From Clostridia bacterium (GTDB taxonomy: Bacteria > Bacillota > Clostridia > Christensenellales > CAG-138), in the NCBI GenBank assembly GCA_035561095.1, contig DATMYE010000054.1:35202-99201 (forward strand): a stretch of DNA of 64,000 nt, read 5' to 3'. The notes beneath the pieces were generated by a model, which had not been told where the DNA came from, did no database searches, and saw nothing but the letters and a program-made list of their open reading frames with translations. The first letter of the stretch is position 1. Each line of letters opens with the position of its first letter. Shown here one piece after another: positions 50,573-60,232 of this stretch. A program made the translations under genes and the position numbers.

Positions 50573-52462
50573 TTATTCGAGCTCAAATGCGCCGGTATAG
50601 AGCTGGTAGTATTTTCCGCCTTCGGCGATCAGGTTCGCGTGGCTGCCGCGCTCGATGATGCGGCCGTTTTCGAGCACGAGGATCACGTCGGAATTCTGCA
50701 CGGTCGAAAGCCGGTGCGCGATGACAAAGACCGTTCTGCCCTTCATCAGCGCGTCCATGCCGCGCTGGACGATCGCCTCCGTGCGCGTGTCGATGGAGGA
50801 CGTCGCCTCGTCGAGAATCATCACCGGCGGGTCGGCGACCGCCGCGCGCGCAATCGCGATCAGCTGCCGCTGTCCCTGCGAGAGATTGGTGCCGTTCGCG
50901 GTCAGATTCGTGTGATACCCCTCCGGCAGGCGCGTGATGAAGTCGTCCGCGCCCGCGAGCTTTGCCGCCGCGACGCAGGCCTCGTCCGTCGCGTCCAGCC
51001 GCCCGTAGCGGATGTTTTCCAGCACCGAACCCGTGAACAGGTTTGTGTCCTGCAGCACCATGCCGATCGCGCGCCGGAGGTCGGACTTGCGGATGCGGTT
51101 GATGTTGATGCCGTCGTAACGGATCTTGCCGTCCGCAATGTCGTAAAAGCGGTTGAGCAGGTTCGTAATCGTCGTCTTGCCCGCGCCTGTCGCGCCGACA
51201 AAGGCGACCTTCTGCCCGGGCTCTGCAAAGAGCGTGACGTCGTGCAGCACGGGCTTCTCCGCGTCGTAGCCGAAGTCGACATCCTGCAGCCGCACGTCGC
51301 CGGAGAGGCGCGTATAGCGCACGCTGCCGTCGGGAAGCGGCTGCTTCCAAGCCCAGATTCCTGTGCGATCGCTGCTCTCGACAAGCTCGCCGTCCTGTTC
51401 CGTCGCGTTGACGAGCGTGACCGTGCCTTCGTCCGCCTCGGACTGCTCGTCGAGCAGCGCGAACATCCGGCTTGCGCCCGCTAGTCCCATGATGACGGCG
51501 TTGAGCTGCTGGGACACCTGATTGATATTGCCGGAGAACTGGCGCGTCATGTTCAGAAACGGTACCACGATGCTGATGCTGAACGCGAGGCCGGAGATGC
51601 TCAGGTTATGTGCTTTCGTGAGCAGGAATGCGCCGCCCGCCATCGCAACCAGCACATAGATCAGGTTTCCGATGTTCATGATCACGGGAGGCAGGATATT
51701 GGCAAACATGTTCGCCTGCTCGGAGTCGCGGAACAGCTCGTCGTTGACCGCGTCAAAGCCCGCCTTCGCCTCCTCCTCGTGGCAGAACACCTTGATGACC
51801 TTCTGGCCCGCCATCATCTCCTCAATGAAGCCCTCGGTCTTGCCGATTGCCTTCTGCTGCCGCTGGAAATACTTCGCGGAGTTGCCGCCGATCTTCTTAA
51901 CCACAAGCAGCATGAAGCTCACGCCGAAGAGCACCACCAGCGCCATCCAGACGCTGTAGTAGAGCATGATGGAGAACAGCGTGAGCACCATCACGCCGGA
52001 GGAGAGAAACTGCGGCAGGCTCTGGGAAATCAGCTGGCGCAGGGTGTCGATGTCGTTGGTGTAGTGGCTCATGATGTCGCCGCGCTCATGCGTGTCAAAA
52101 TACTGCACGGGCAGATCCTGCATGTGCCCGAACAGCTGCTCGCGCAGCTTCTTCAGCGCGCCCTGCGAGAGAATCGCCCCCGCGCGCGCATAGGCAAACG
52201 AGAGGATGAGGGAGATCACGTAGAGCACCGCGAGCATCATCGTCAGCCGGATGACCTGCGGGCCGATCACGCTCCAGCCTGCGCCCGCGTTTTTCTCCAG
52301 CACGGCGATGATGTTCTGCGTAAACACCGCGGGAATCGCGGAGACGATGGAGGAGAGGATGATGCAGACGATCACTGCGGGCAGCGCCACGGGATAGAAC
52401 GTAAACAGCATGCGAAACAGGCGCTTCAGCGTTCCCTTTTGATAGATTTTTTTTGGCTTCAT
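50573..52462 (-). CDS. Heterodimeric ABC exporter, subunit B (TMD+NBD)
   Basis: GATGAGKT, LSQGQRQ, ILDEATSSID, IAHRLST. Confidence 0.92.
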   Translation of the reverse strand: MKPKKIYQKGTLKRLFRMLFTFYPVALPAVIVCIILSSIVSAIPAVFTQNIIAVLEKNAGAGWSVIGPQVIRLTMMLAVLYVISLILSFAYARAGAILSQGALKKLREQLFGHMQDLPVQYFDTHERGDIMSHYTNDIDTLRQLISQSLPQFLSSGVMVLTLFSIMLYYSVWMALVVLFGVSFMLLVVKKIGGNSAKYFQRQQKAIGKTEGFIEEMMAGQKVIKVFCHEEEAKAGFDAVNDELFRDSEQANMFANILPPVIMNIGNLIYVLVAMAGGAFLLTKAHNLSISGLAFSISIVVPFLNMTRQFSGNINQVSQQLNAVIMGLAGASRMFALLDEQSEADEGTVTLVNATEQDGELVESSDRTGIWAWKQPLPDGSVRYTRLSGDVRLQDVDFGYDAEKPVLHDVTLFAEPGQKVAFVGATGAGKTTITNLLNRFYDIADGKIRYDGININRIRKSDLRRAIGMVLQDTNLFTGSVLENIRYGRLDATDEACVAAAKLAGADDFITRLPEGYHTNLTANGTNLSQGQRQLIAIARAAVADPPVMILDEATSSIDTRTEAIVQRGMDALMKGRTVFVIAHRLSTVQNSDVILVLENGRIIERGSHANLIAEGGKYYQLYTGAFELE

Positions 52463-54198
52463 GCTTCTTCACCTGCCTTGTTCTGGGATTCGTAGACTTC
52501 GCGGTAGACCGCGTCCGTCTTCAGCAGCTCTTTGTGTGTGCCGGCGGCGGAGATGCCGCCGTTGTCGAGCAGCACGATGCGGTCGGCATCCATCACGGAG
52601 GCGACGCGCTGCGCGATGATGATCTTGGTGGTATCCGGAAGGAATTCCTTCAGTGCCGCGCGGATCTTCGCGTCCGTGTGCGTATCCACGGCGCTCGTAG
52701 AGTCGTCGAGGATCAGGATGCGCGGCTTTTTCAGCAGCGCGCGGGCAATGCAGAGGCGCTGCTTCTGTCCGCCGGAGACGTTAGTGCCGCCCTGCTCGAT
52801 CTTGGTTTCGTAGCCCTGCGGGAAGGAACTGATGAACTCATCCGCCTGCGCGAGTTTGCAGGCCTCCACTAGCTGTTCATCCGTCGCTTCAGGGTTACCC
52901 CAGCGGAGATTATCCGCGATGGTACCGGAGAAGAGGAGGTTATTCTGCAGCACGACCGAGACCTGATTGCGAAGCGAATCCAGGTCGTAGTCCTTCACGT
53001 TTCGTCCGCCGACGCGCACGGTGCCGCTGGTCGCGTCATAGAGCCGCGGAATCAGCTGCACGAGCGAGGTCTTGGAAGAGCCCGTGGTGCCGAGGATGCC
53101 GATGGTCTCGCCGGAGCGGATGTGCAGGTCGATGTTGGAAAGCGCCATGCGCTCCGCCTTTTCCGAATAGCGGAAGCTCACGTTGTCGAAGTCCACAGAG
53201 CCGTCCGCGACATCACGCAGCGCGTGATCCGGGCTCGTGAGCGAGCTGTCCTCGGAGAGCACTTCCACGATTCTGCGGCCGGATTCGTCCGCAATGGTGA
53301 CCATCACAAACACCATCGAGAGCATCATCAGGCTCATCAGTGTCTGGAAGCTGTAGATCATCAGCGACGAAAGCTGGCCGACGTTGAAATGGAGTCCGCC
53401 CGTGGTCGCGATCGTGTACGCGCCGAAGGTCAGGATAAAAACCATGTTGATATACAGACAAAACTGCATCATGGGCCCGTTGAACGCAAGGATCTTCTCC
53501 GCCTTGGTGAATTCCTGTCGGAGTTCCTCCGCGGCGGCGCCGAATTTCTGCTTTTCATATGCCTCGCGTACGAACGATTTCACCACGCGGATGCCCTGCA
53601 CGTTCTCCTGAATCGAGCTGTTGAGCGCGTCATATTTGCGGAACACGCGGCGGAAGATCGGGAACGCGGCGCGGATGATGAAGAAGAGACCGATGCCCAG
53701 CATCGGAATCACCACCACAAAGATCAGCGCGAGTTTTCCGCCCATGATGAACGACATCACGATTGCAAATATGAGCATGAGCGGGCTGCGGATGGCGACG
53801 CGGATGAGCATCATGAACGCGTTTTGCACATTGCTCACGTCCGTCGTCAGCCGGGTCACAAGCGAAGAGGACGAGAATCGGTCGATGTTTTCAAACGAAA
53901 AGGACTGGATGCGGTAGAAGAGGTCTTTGCGCAGGTTGCGCGCAAACCCGCTGGCTGCGGTAGCCGCGGCTTTCCCGGAAAGCCTGCCGAACGTCAGCGA
54001 CAGGCTCGCGAGCACGATCAGAACCAGACCGTAGCGCAGCACAACGTCAAATGTGCAGCCGGCCTTGATCTGGTTGACGAGCAGCGCCGTAATAAACGGG
54101 ATGATGCACTCGATGACGACCTCCAGCGACACATAGATAGGCGCCAGAATGGTGGCTTTTTGATATTCTCGAATGCTTTGAATCAGTTTTTTCCACAT
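52459..54198 (-). CDS. Heterodimeric ABC exporter, subunit A (degenerate NBD)
   Basis: GTTGSSKT, VSGGQKQR, LDDSTSAVD, IAQR (TM287/TM288-like degenerate site). Confidence 0.92.
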   Translation of the reverse strand: MWKKLIQSIREYQKATILAPIYVSLEVVIECIIPFITALLVNQIKAGCTFDVVLRYGLVLIVLASLSLTFGRLSGKAAATAASGFARNLRKDLFYRIQSFSFENIDRFSSSSLVTRLTTDVSNVQNAFMMLIRVAIRSPLMLIFAIVMSFIMGGKLALIFVVVIPMLGIGLFFIIRAAFPIFRRVFRKYDALNSSIQENVQGIRVVKSFVREAYEKQKFGAAAEELRQEFTKAEKILAFNGPMMQFCLYINMVFILTFGAYTIATTGGLHFNVGQLSSLMIYSFQTLMSLMMLSMVFVMVTIADESGRRIVEVLSEDSSLTSPDHALRDVADGSVDFDNVSFRYSEKAERMALSNIDLHIRSGETIGILGTTGSSKTSLVQLIPRLYDATSGTVRVGGRNVKDYDLDSLRNQVSVVLQNNLLFSGTIADNLRWGNPEATDEQLVEACKLAQADEFISSFPQGYETKIEQGGTNVSGGQKQRLCIARALLKKPRILILDDSTSAVDTHTDAKIRAALKEFLPDTTKIIIAQRVASVMDADRIVLLDNGGISAAGTHKELLKTDAVYREVYESQNKAGEEA

Positions 54199-54273
54199 GG
54201 AATGGTGTTCTCCTTGCTGCCCGCGCGTTGTCCTGCGGGCGGGGTCGATAGGGTCAATCGCCGTTTGGCAATC

Positions 54274-54732
54274 TTATTTGAAGCAGCAGCCTTCGAGGTT
54301 CTGCGAAAAATCAGGATCGATCCTGATCTCGTCGAGATGCGCGTTGAGGATGCCGAGAGTCGCCTCCAGCTGATCCTTTTGCTCCGCGCTCAGGCACTCA
54401 AACATGCGTGTGAGCGTGCGGTGATAGTGCTCCTCGACGAGGATCGCTTTCTCCCTGCCTTCCGGCGTGAGGGAAAGATCGACCTGCCGCTTGTCCTCCG
54501 TGCTCTTGGCGCGCAGGATCAGCCCCGCGTCCTCCATTTTTTGCAGGATCTCGCTGGTCGCTCCCGAGCTGATCTCCAGCACGTCCTGGAGCTCCTTTTG
54601 CGTCGTCTTGCCGTGCGTGTTCAGGCGCATCAAAATGCGCTGCTGACCCGCCTTGCCGCCGATCTGATAGTATAAGAACCGCCCGCAGGCCTTGAGCCGG
54701 ATGGCGATGATGTGCTCCTGCTGGTGCATCAC
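54274..54732 (-). CDS. MarR-family transcriptional regulator
   Basis: TQKELQ..ISSGATSEILQKME..GLI.R...EDKR...LT.EG; AAAGGAGG RBS before GTG 54732 or ATG 54729. Confidence 0.9.
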   Translation of the reverse strand: MMHQQEHIIAIRLKACGRFLYYQIGGKAGQQRILMRLNTHGKTTQKELQDVLEISSGATSEILQKMEDAGLILRAKSTEDKRQVDLSLTPEGREKAILVEEHYHRTLTRMFECLSAEQKDQLEATLGILNAHLDEIRIDPDFSQNLEGCCFK

Positions 54733-54768
54733 TAGCCTGCCTCCTTTGCGTTGCCGCTGGATAAAATC

Positions 54769-54829
54769 ACTTTGTACCAAGTTACTCGGTACCAAGCAAT
54801 ATTGTACCCCGTTTACGATTATTTTGCAA
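54769..54829 (-). promoter_or_regulatory. marR promoter with tandem palindromic operators
   Basis: TTGCAA (54829-54824), 17 nt spacer, TACAAT (54806-54801); palindromes ACTTTGTACCAAGT and ACTCGGTACCAAGC just downstream. Confidence 0.65.
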
Positions 54830-54871
54830 CAGGTTTGCGCATTCGGGTACCTACGGGTTGTAGAGTCAAGC

Positions 54872-54898
54872 AAAAAACACCGCCGGAAGGCGGTGTTT
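54872..54898 (-). terminator. Intrinsic terminator after the deaminase gene
   Basis: Minus strand AAACACCGCC-TTCC-GGCGGTGTTTTTT. Confidence 0.8.
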
Positions 54899-54918
54899 GT
54901 GCTGTCGGATTTGGCTTG

Positions 54919-55386
54919 TCAGCCCTTATTGTTTTTCGAAAAATAGCTTTGCAGGATTGCGAGGCTCTCGTCCCGCAGCACGCCGCCCGTGACCTGCGGC
55001 CTGTGTGCGGAGTGGGAAAAGACGATGCCGCAGCAGTCGCTGCCGGTTTCACCGAGAATTTCGCATAGATCGACGTCGCTCGCGCCGAACACCAGCCTGC
55101 CGAGCTTTGTCCAGACCATAGATCCGCAGCACATGAAGCACGGTTCGCAGCTGGAATACAGCGTGTAGTCGGTCAAATCCGTGATGCGCTCCGCGGCGCA
55201 GAAGTTGCGCAAAAGCCCAGCTTCCGCGTGGTACGTCGGGTCGGAGCAGGTGTAGATCTGGTTCTCGTTCGTGAACACGATCTCGCCGTCCTTGACCAGC
55301 ACCGCGCCGAAGGGCTCGTTGCCGTGGGCTACCGCCTGCGCGGAGAGGCGGATTGCCTCTTTCATAAAGCGTTCGTCAGTTGTCAT
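54919..55386 (-). CDS. Nucleoside/nucleobase deaminase (GuaD/TadA-like CDA fold)
   Basis: PFGAVLV, DPTYHAE, SCEPCFMC. Confidence 0.88.
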   Translation of the reverse strand: MTTDERFMKEAIRLSAQAVAHGNEPFGAVLVKDGEIVFTNENQIYTCSDPTYHAEAGLLRNFCAAERITDLTDYTLYSSCEPCFMCCGSMVWTKLGRLVFGASDVDLCEILGETGSDCCGIVFSHSAHRPQVTGGVLRDESLAILQSYFSKNNKG

Positions 55387-55507
55387 TGCTGGCGTTTCTC
55401 CTTATACAGCGCGCAGAGCTGCGCAAAAGACTTGTACTCTTTCATCTTATGTGCCGCGGTGCCGCGATGCAAGAGCGTAAGTGTGAAAAAACAGTCAAAA
55501 CCATGCA

Positions 55508-55876
55508 TTATTCCAAAATAGCATACCCCGCCTCGCCAAGCGCGGCGATCGCGCGATCAAACACATCCGCTTTCGTGAAGAGATAGTCCGTGTTGTAGGT
55601 GGAGACGGCGAATATGCTGACGCCGGCTTTGCATAGAATGCCGGAGAGCTCTGCGAGCACGCCGACGAGGGAGAACTCCAGCACACCGGAGACGCGAAAC
55701 CCGCGCCAGCCGTCCTCGCGTGCGAGGGTGTTTTGGGGTACAAACGCCGTCTCGCAGACGAGCGATAGCTCCTCATCGGTTCGGGAGAAGAAGACGAACT
55801 CGCGCGAGAAATCGACTGTTGTAACGTCGGAAATTTGGCAGACCGTAAACGCCTGCGGAAGCACCTTCAAATTCAT
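55508..55876 (-). CDS. ACT domain protein
   Basis: TDEELSLVC, G.LEFSLVGVL, SIFAVSTYNTDYL; start ATG 55876. Confidence 0.85.
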   Translation of the reverse strand: MNLKVLPQAFTVCQISDVTTVDFSREFVFFSRTDEELSLVCETAFVPQNTLAREDGWRGFRVSGVLEFSLVGVLAELSGILCKAGVSIFAVSTYNTDYLFTKADVFDRAIAALGEAGYAILE

Positions 55877-55959
55877 AAGAAACTCCTTGCAGCCAAGCAA
55901 TGGGAAACGAAATCGCCCGCGGCGCAGCCGCGGGCGTTGTGAGTCGGTTGTTACTTGCG

Positions 55960-56586
55960 TCAGCCTTTTGTGAAGACCGGCAACGCTTTGATGATGCGCT
56001 CGACGCAGCCGTCCTCGCCAAGAGCTGCGGAGTCGAGGCTGATGTCGAAGTGGCTCGCATCGCGCCAGCTTTCGCCGGTGTAGAAACGGTAGTATTCCGC
56101 GCGGTTCTCGTCCTGGTCGCAGATATACTTCCTGACCTCCGCCTCCGTCATCGCCAGCGAGTAGCTCGCGACGCGCGCGATTCTCGCCTCCATCGGCGCG
56201 TGGATGAACGTGCGCATCAGATACGGCTTCCCTTTGAGGATTTGGTCCGCACAGCGGCCGAGGATGATGCAGCTGCTGATTTCGGCAAGCTCGGTGATGA
56301 TCTTTGCCTGAAACTGGAAGAGGTTCTGCTGGCTTGTGTAGTTGTCGCTGTCCGGCGGCAACACCTCGCCCGTGTAGACCTTCTGGGCGGCACGCATCAT
56401 CTCGTGCTTGCCGAGGCGCTCGTCCACCTCTCCAAAGAGCCGCTCGTTGATGCCGCTGACATCGGATGCGATGCGTAAGAGCTTCCGGTCATAGAACGGA
56501 ATGTTCAGCTTGTCGGAGAGTTTTCTCGCGATGTCGTATCCGCCGCTGCCTTTTTCGCGTGCGATCGTGATCACATAGTGTGCCAT
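55960..56586 (-). CDS. Cytidylate kinase-like family protein
   Basis: ITIAREKGSGG, IPFYD, ILGRCAD, D..R..YY.FYTG..W. Confidence 0.85.
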   Translation of the reverse strand: MAHYVITIAREKGSGGYDIARKLSDKLNIPFYDRKLLRIASDVSGINERLFGEVDERLGKHEMMRAAQKVYTGEVLPPDSDNYTSQQNLFQFQAKIITELAEISSCIILGRCADQILKGKPYLMRTFIHAPMEARIARVASYSLAMTEAEVRKYICDQDENRAEYYRFYTGESWRDASHFDISLDSAALGEDGCVERIIKALPVFTKG

Positions 56587-56616
56587 CGAAATCCAGTCTC
56601 CTTTCCGTATTGCGCG

Positions 56617-57321
56617 TTACGCGCCGAGGTATGCCTTGCGAACCCTGTCGTCCTCTGCCAGTTCTTTTGCAGATCCGCTCATGGAGATTTTACCCGTTTC
56701 CAGCACGTAGGCGCGGTCTGCGACGGCAAGCGCCTTTTTCGCGTTCTGCTCAACCAGGAGAATCGTGATTCCGCTGTTGTGCAGCTGCTCGATGATGGTG
56801 AAAATCTCGTTGACGAGGATCGGCGAAAGACCCATCGAGGGCTCGTCCATCAGGAGAATCTTGGGGTCTGTCATCAGCGCGCGGCCGGTTGCAAGCATCT
56901 GCTGCTCGCCGCCGGAGAGCGTACCGCCGAGTTGGCGGCAGCGTTCCTTGAGCCGCGGGAAATGGTGGAACACCTTTTCCATATTATCGTTGATGCGTTT
57001 TGCGTCATTAATAATATACGCCCCCATGCGCAGGTTTTCCTCTACGGTCATGCGGGAAAATATATGCCGTCCTTCGGGAACGTGGGCAAGACCCAGGTTG
57101 ATGATGTTGTTGGCAGGCACCTTTTGCAGACTTTTGCCGTCCAGCAGGATATCGCCGGAGGTCGCGCGCAGAAGCCCCGAAATCGTATGCAGAATCGTCG
57201 TCTTGCCCGCGCCGTTCGCGCCGACGAGGGAGACCAGCTCGCCGTCGTTGACGGTGATGGTGATGCCCTTGATGGCGTGGATTGCGCCGTAAAATACGTG
57301 GATGTCTTTGATCTCTAACAT
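56617..57321 (-). CDS. livF: Branched-chain amino acid ABC ATP-binding protein
   Basis: GANGAGKT, VPEGR, LSGGEQQ, DEPSMGL; start ATG 57321. Confidence 0.92.
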   Translation of the reverse strand: MLEIKDIHVFYGAIHAIKGITITVNDGELVSLVGANGAGKTTILHTISGLLRATSGDILLDGKSLQKVPANNIINLGLAHVPEGRHIFSRMTVEENLRMGAYIINDAKRINDNMEKVFHHFPRLKERCRQLGGTLSGGEQQMLATGRALMTDPKILLMDEPSMGLSPILVNEIFTIIEQLHNSGITILLVEQNAKKALAVADRAYVLETGKISMSGSAKELAEDDRVRKAYLGA

Positions 57322-57331
57322 GCTCTGCCTC

Positions 57332-58105
57332 CTACTGTCCCAGATAGGCCGCGATGACCTTGGGATTCTTCGCGATCTCTTCGGGCAATCCTTCGGCAAT
57401 GGTGACGCCGTAGTCGATGACCTGAATGCGCTCGCAGATGTTCATCACGAGCGACATATCGTGCTCGATGAGCAGAATCGCGATGCCGAAGCGGTTGCGG
57501 ATCGCGTTGATGCAGTCCAGCAGCTCCGCGGTCTCCGTCGGGTTCATGCCGGCTGCGGGTTCGTCCAGCAGCAGCAGCTTCATGTCCGTCGCGAGCGCGC
57601 GGGCGATCTCCAGCTTGCGCTGCTGACCGTAGGGCAGGTTTGCCGCGATGTAGTCCGCCTTGTCCTCCAGATGGAAGATCGCAAGCAGATCCAGCGCCCT
57701 GGCCTTGAGCTCGCTTTCCGTCTTCCAGTAGCGCGGGGTGCGGAAGAGCGAATCGAGCATGTTGTACTTGACGTCCTTGGTGAACGCGACGAGCACGTTT
57801 TCCAGCACCGTCATCTGCTTAAAGAGGCGGATGTTCTGGAAGGTGCGCGCAACGCCCGCCGCGACGAACTGATGCGTCTTTTTACCGTTGAGCACGTGGC
57901 CTTCGAGCAGGACGGAACCTTCCGTGGGCTTGTACACGCCGGTGAGCATGTTGAACACTGTCGTCTTGCCCGCGCCGTTGGGGCCGATGAGGCCGACGAG
58001 CTCGCCGCTAAAGACCTTGATGTTGAAGTCCGAAACGGCAACGAGGCCTCCGAACGTAATGCCGAGCTTTCGGGTTTCGAGGATGGGTGTACGTTCGTCA
58101 CTCAT
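57332..58105 (-). CDS. livG: Branched-chain amino acid ABC ATP-binding protein
   Basis: GPNGAGKT, ARTFQN, LPYGQQRKLE, IEHDM. Confidence 0.92.
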   Translation of the reverse strand: MSDERTPILETRKLGITFGGLVAVSDFNIKVFSGELVGLIGPNGAGKTTVFNMLTGVYKPTEGSVLLEGHVLNGKKTHQFVAAGVARTFQNIRLFKQMTVLENVLVAFTKDVKYNMLDSLFRTPRYWKTESELKARALDLLAIFHLEDKADYIAANLPYGQQRKLEIARALATDMKLLLLDEPAAGMNPTETAELLDCINAIRNRFGIAILLIEHDMSLVMNICERIQVIDYGVTIAEGLPEEIAKNPKVIAAYLGQ

Positions 58106-59249
58106 GGCTCATCGCCTCCTTGTTGTTCTGTTTCTGCAGCAGGCGGGCTTCACGCTGCTTCTTCATATCGGAGAAGAAGTTGCGAAGCGAAAGCTCGTAG
58201 GTGCCGAAGATGCCTTTCGGGCGGAACATGATCACGATGATGAGCACAACGGCGTACACGAGCATCGGGAACGCGAACACGTTCTGCAGCCACAGCGGCA
58301 GCGCCTTGACCCAGAGGCCGTTCTTGATCTCGTAGTTGACGAAGAACATGATGATCGCGGCGACGATAGAGCCGGTCAGCGAACCCATGCCGCCGAGCAC
58401 GACCATGACGACGATGAACGTGGAGTTCAGAATGCCGCCGTTGGAGAACGCGAAAGACGCGGTGGAGAGTGTCGCGTTGGCACAGGCATAGAGCGCGCCG
58501 GCAACGCCCGCGAAGAACGCGGAGTAGGCGAACGTGAACACTTTGTAGTAGGAGGTGTTGATGCCGGAGGCGGAGGCCGCAATCTCATCGTCGCGGATGG
58601 CGCGGATGGCTCTGCCGTACTTCGAGCGGACAAACATGAACATCATCATCACGCACACAAGCGTGACGATCACGGCGACCCAGATATAGGTGACCTTCAG
58701 CGCGGTGCCGAAGCCAAGACCGTTTTTGTAAAGCGACGCGGAGGCGGAACCGTTCGCGAGGCCTTCCTGACCCGCAAAGGGCAGGTTGTTGATGATGTTG
58801 ACGATGATCATGCCAAAGCCCAGCGTGATGATCGCGAGATAGTCGCCCTTGAGGCGCAGCGCCGGAATACCGACGACGAGACCCACAATGGCGGCGAGCA
58901 CGCCCGCGATAATGATGCAGCCCGCGAGCACGAGCAGGAACGCCGTGCCGCTCTTTTCTTCAAACACGCCTGCACGCTCCGCGGCGAGCGAGAGAAGCGC
59001 TGCAGCGTAGGCGCCGATTGCCATGAATCCGCAGTGGCCGAGGGACAGCTGACCCAGAAAGCCAAGCGTCATGTTGAGCGACGCCGCGAGGATGATCAGA
59101 TAGCAGCACTGCCAGATACTGGGCGCGATGATGAGCTTGAAATCACCCGCTTTGCCGAAGCTCTCCTTGATGAAGGAGAACCCGATGAGCAGGATGGCGA
59201 TGACCAGCGTATTGAGGAGATACCCTTGAGTGGTTCTATTCTTGATCAT
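58098..59249 (-). CDS. livM: Branched-chain amino acid ABC permease
   Basis: GQLSLGH, LRLKGDYLAIITLG, AIRDDEIAA. Confidence 0.92.
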   Translation of the reverse strand: MIKNRTTQGYLLNTLVIAILLIGFSFIKESFGKAGDFKLIIAPSIWQCCYLIILAASLNMTLGFLGQLSLGHCGFMAIGAYAAALLSLAAERAGVFEEKSGTAFLLVLAGCIIIAGVLAAIVGLVVGIPALRLKGDYLAIITLGFGMIIVNIINNLPFAGQEGLANGSASASLYKNGLGFGTALKVTYIWVAVIVTLVCVMMMFMFVRSKYGRAIRAIRDDEIAASASGINTSYYKVFTFAYSAFFAGVAGALYACANATLSTASFAFSNGGILNSTFIVVMVVLGGMGSLTGSIVAAIIMFFVNYEIKNGLWVKALPLWLQNVFAFPMLVYAVVLIIVIMFRPKGIFGTYELSLRNFFSDMKKQREARLLQKQNNKEAMSHE

Positions 59250-60142
59250 ACTTTCTCACCCATATTCTTTCCGAGGATACCGGCAGGTTTGATGATCAGC
59301 ACGATGATGAGGATGAGGAACACGAACGCGTCCGCCATGCTCGAGCTGACGTAGCTGGTGGTGAAGGATTCGACAAGGCCGATGACAAAGCCGCCGAGCA
59401 TCGCGCCGGGAATGATGCCGATGCCGCCGAGAACGGCGGAGACGAAGGCCTTGAGACCCAGCATGGAACCCATGGTCGTGTAGACCTTGGGATACTGGGC
59501 GATATACATCAAAGCTGCGATCGCAGCGAGGCCGGAACCGATGGCAAACGTCACGACGATCGTGCGGTTGACGTTGATGCCCATCAGGATGGAAGCGGGC
59601 TTATCCTCGGACACGCAGCGCATCGCGCGGCCGATCTTCGTCTTCTGCGTGAACTGGTAGAGCACTACCATAACCACGACGCTTATGCAGATGGTCATCA
59701 TCGTCGTCCAGTCGAGCGTAACGTCCGCAATGCGGATGCCGCCGGCTGCAAAAATTTGATTCGCGACCTTCGGGTTCGGTCCGATCTGGGGGATCGCCTG
59801 CGCAAGGTTTTCCAGCAAGAGGCTGACCGCGATGGCCGTAATGAGCGCCGTCATCGAGGTGCCTTTTTTGCGGACGGGGCGATAGGCGATGAGTTCTGTG
59901 GACATACCGACGAGCGCGCAAACCAGAATTGCGAGGAATACGGAGACCCAAATCGGCAAACCAAGCGCAACCATCACCGGAATGGTGAAGATCATCGTAT
60001 AGCCGCCGACCATGATGAAGTCGCCGTGGGCAAAGTTGATCAAACGGATGATGCCGTAGACCATGGTGTAGCCGAGTGCGACGAGTGCATAGATGCTCCC
60101 GAGTCGAAGCCCGACAAACAGTGTTTGCAAAAATGTGCTCAC
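59246..60142 (-). CDS. livH: Branched-chain amino acid ABC permease
   Basis: YALVALGYTMVYGIIRLINFAHG, AVLGGIG. Confidence 0.92.
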   Translation of the reverse strand: MSTFLQTLFVGLRLGSIYALVALGYTMVYGIIRLINFAHGDFIMVGGYTMIFTIPVMVALGLPIWVSVFLAILVCALVGMSTELIAYRPVRKKGTSMTALITAIAVSLLLENLAQAIPQIGPNPKVANQIFAAGGIRIADVTLDWTTMMTICISVVVMVVLYQFTQKTKIGRAMRCVSEDKPASILMGINVNRTIVVTFAIGSGLAAIAALMYIAQYPKVYTTMGSMLGLKAFVSAVLGGIGIIPGAMLGGFVIGLVESFTTSYVSSSMADAFVFLILIIVLIIKPAGILGKNMGEKV

Positions 60143-60232
60143 TTGTTCGTTCCGCCTTTCGAAATTAACGGCAAAGGAGGCGCGGCGTGAGCCTCGCCTC
60201 CTTTGGCCTAGATGCTGTTTGCGAATGCTTCG

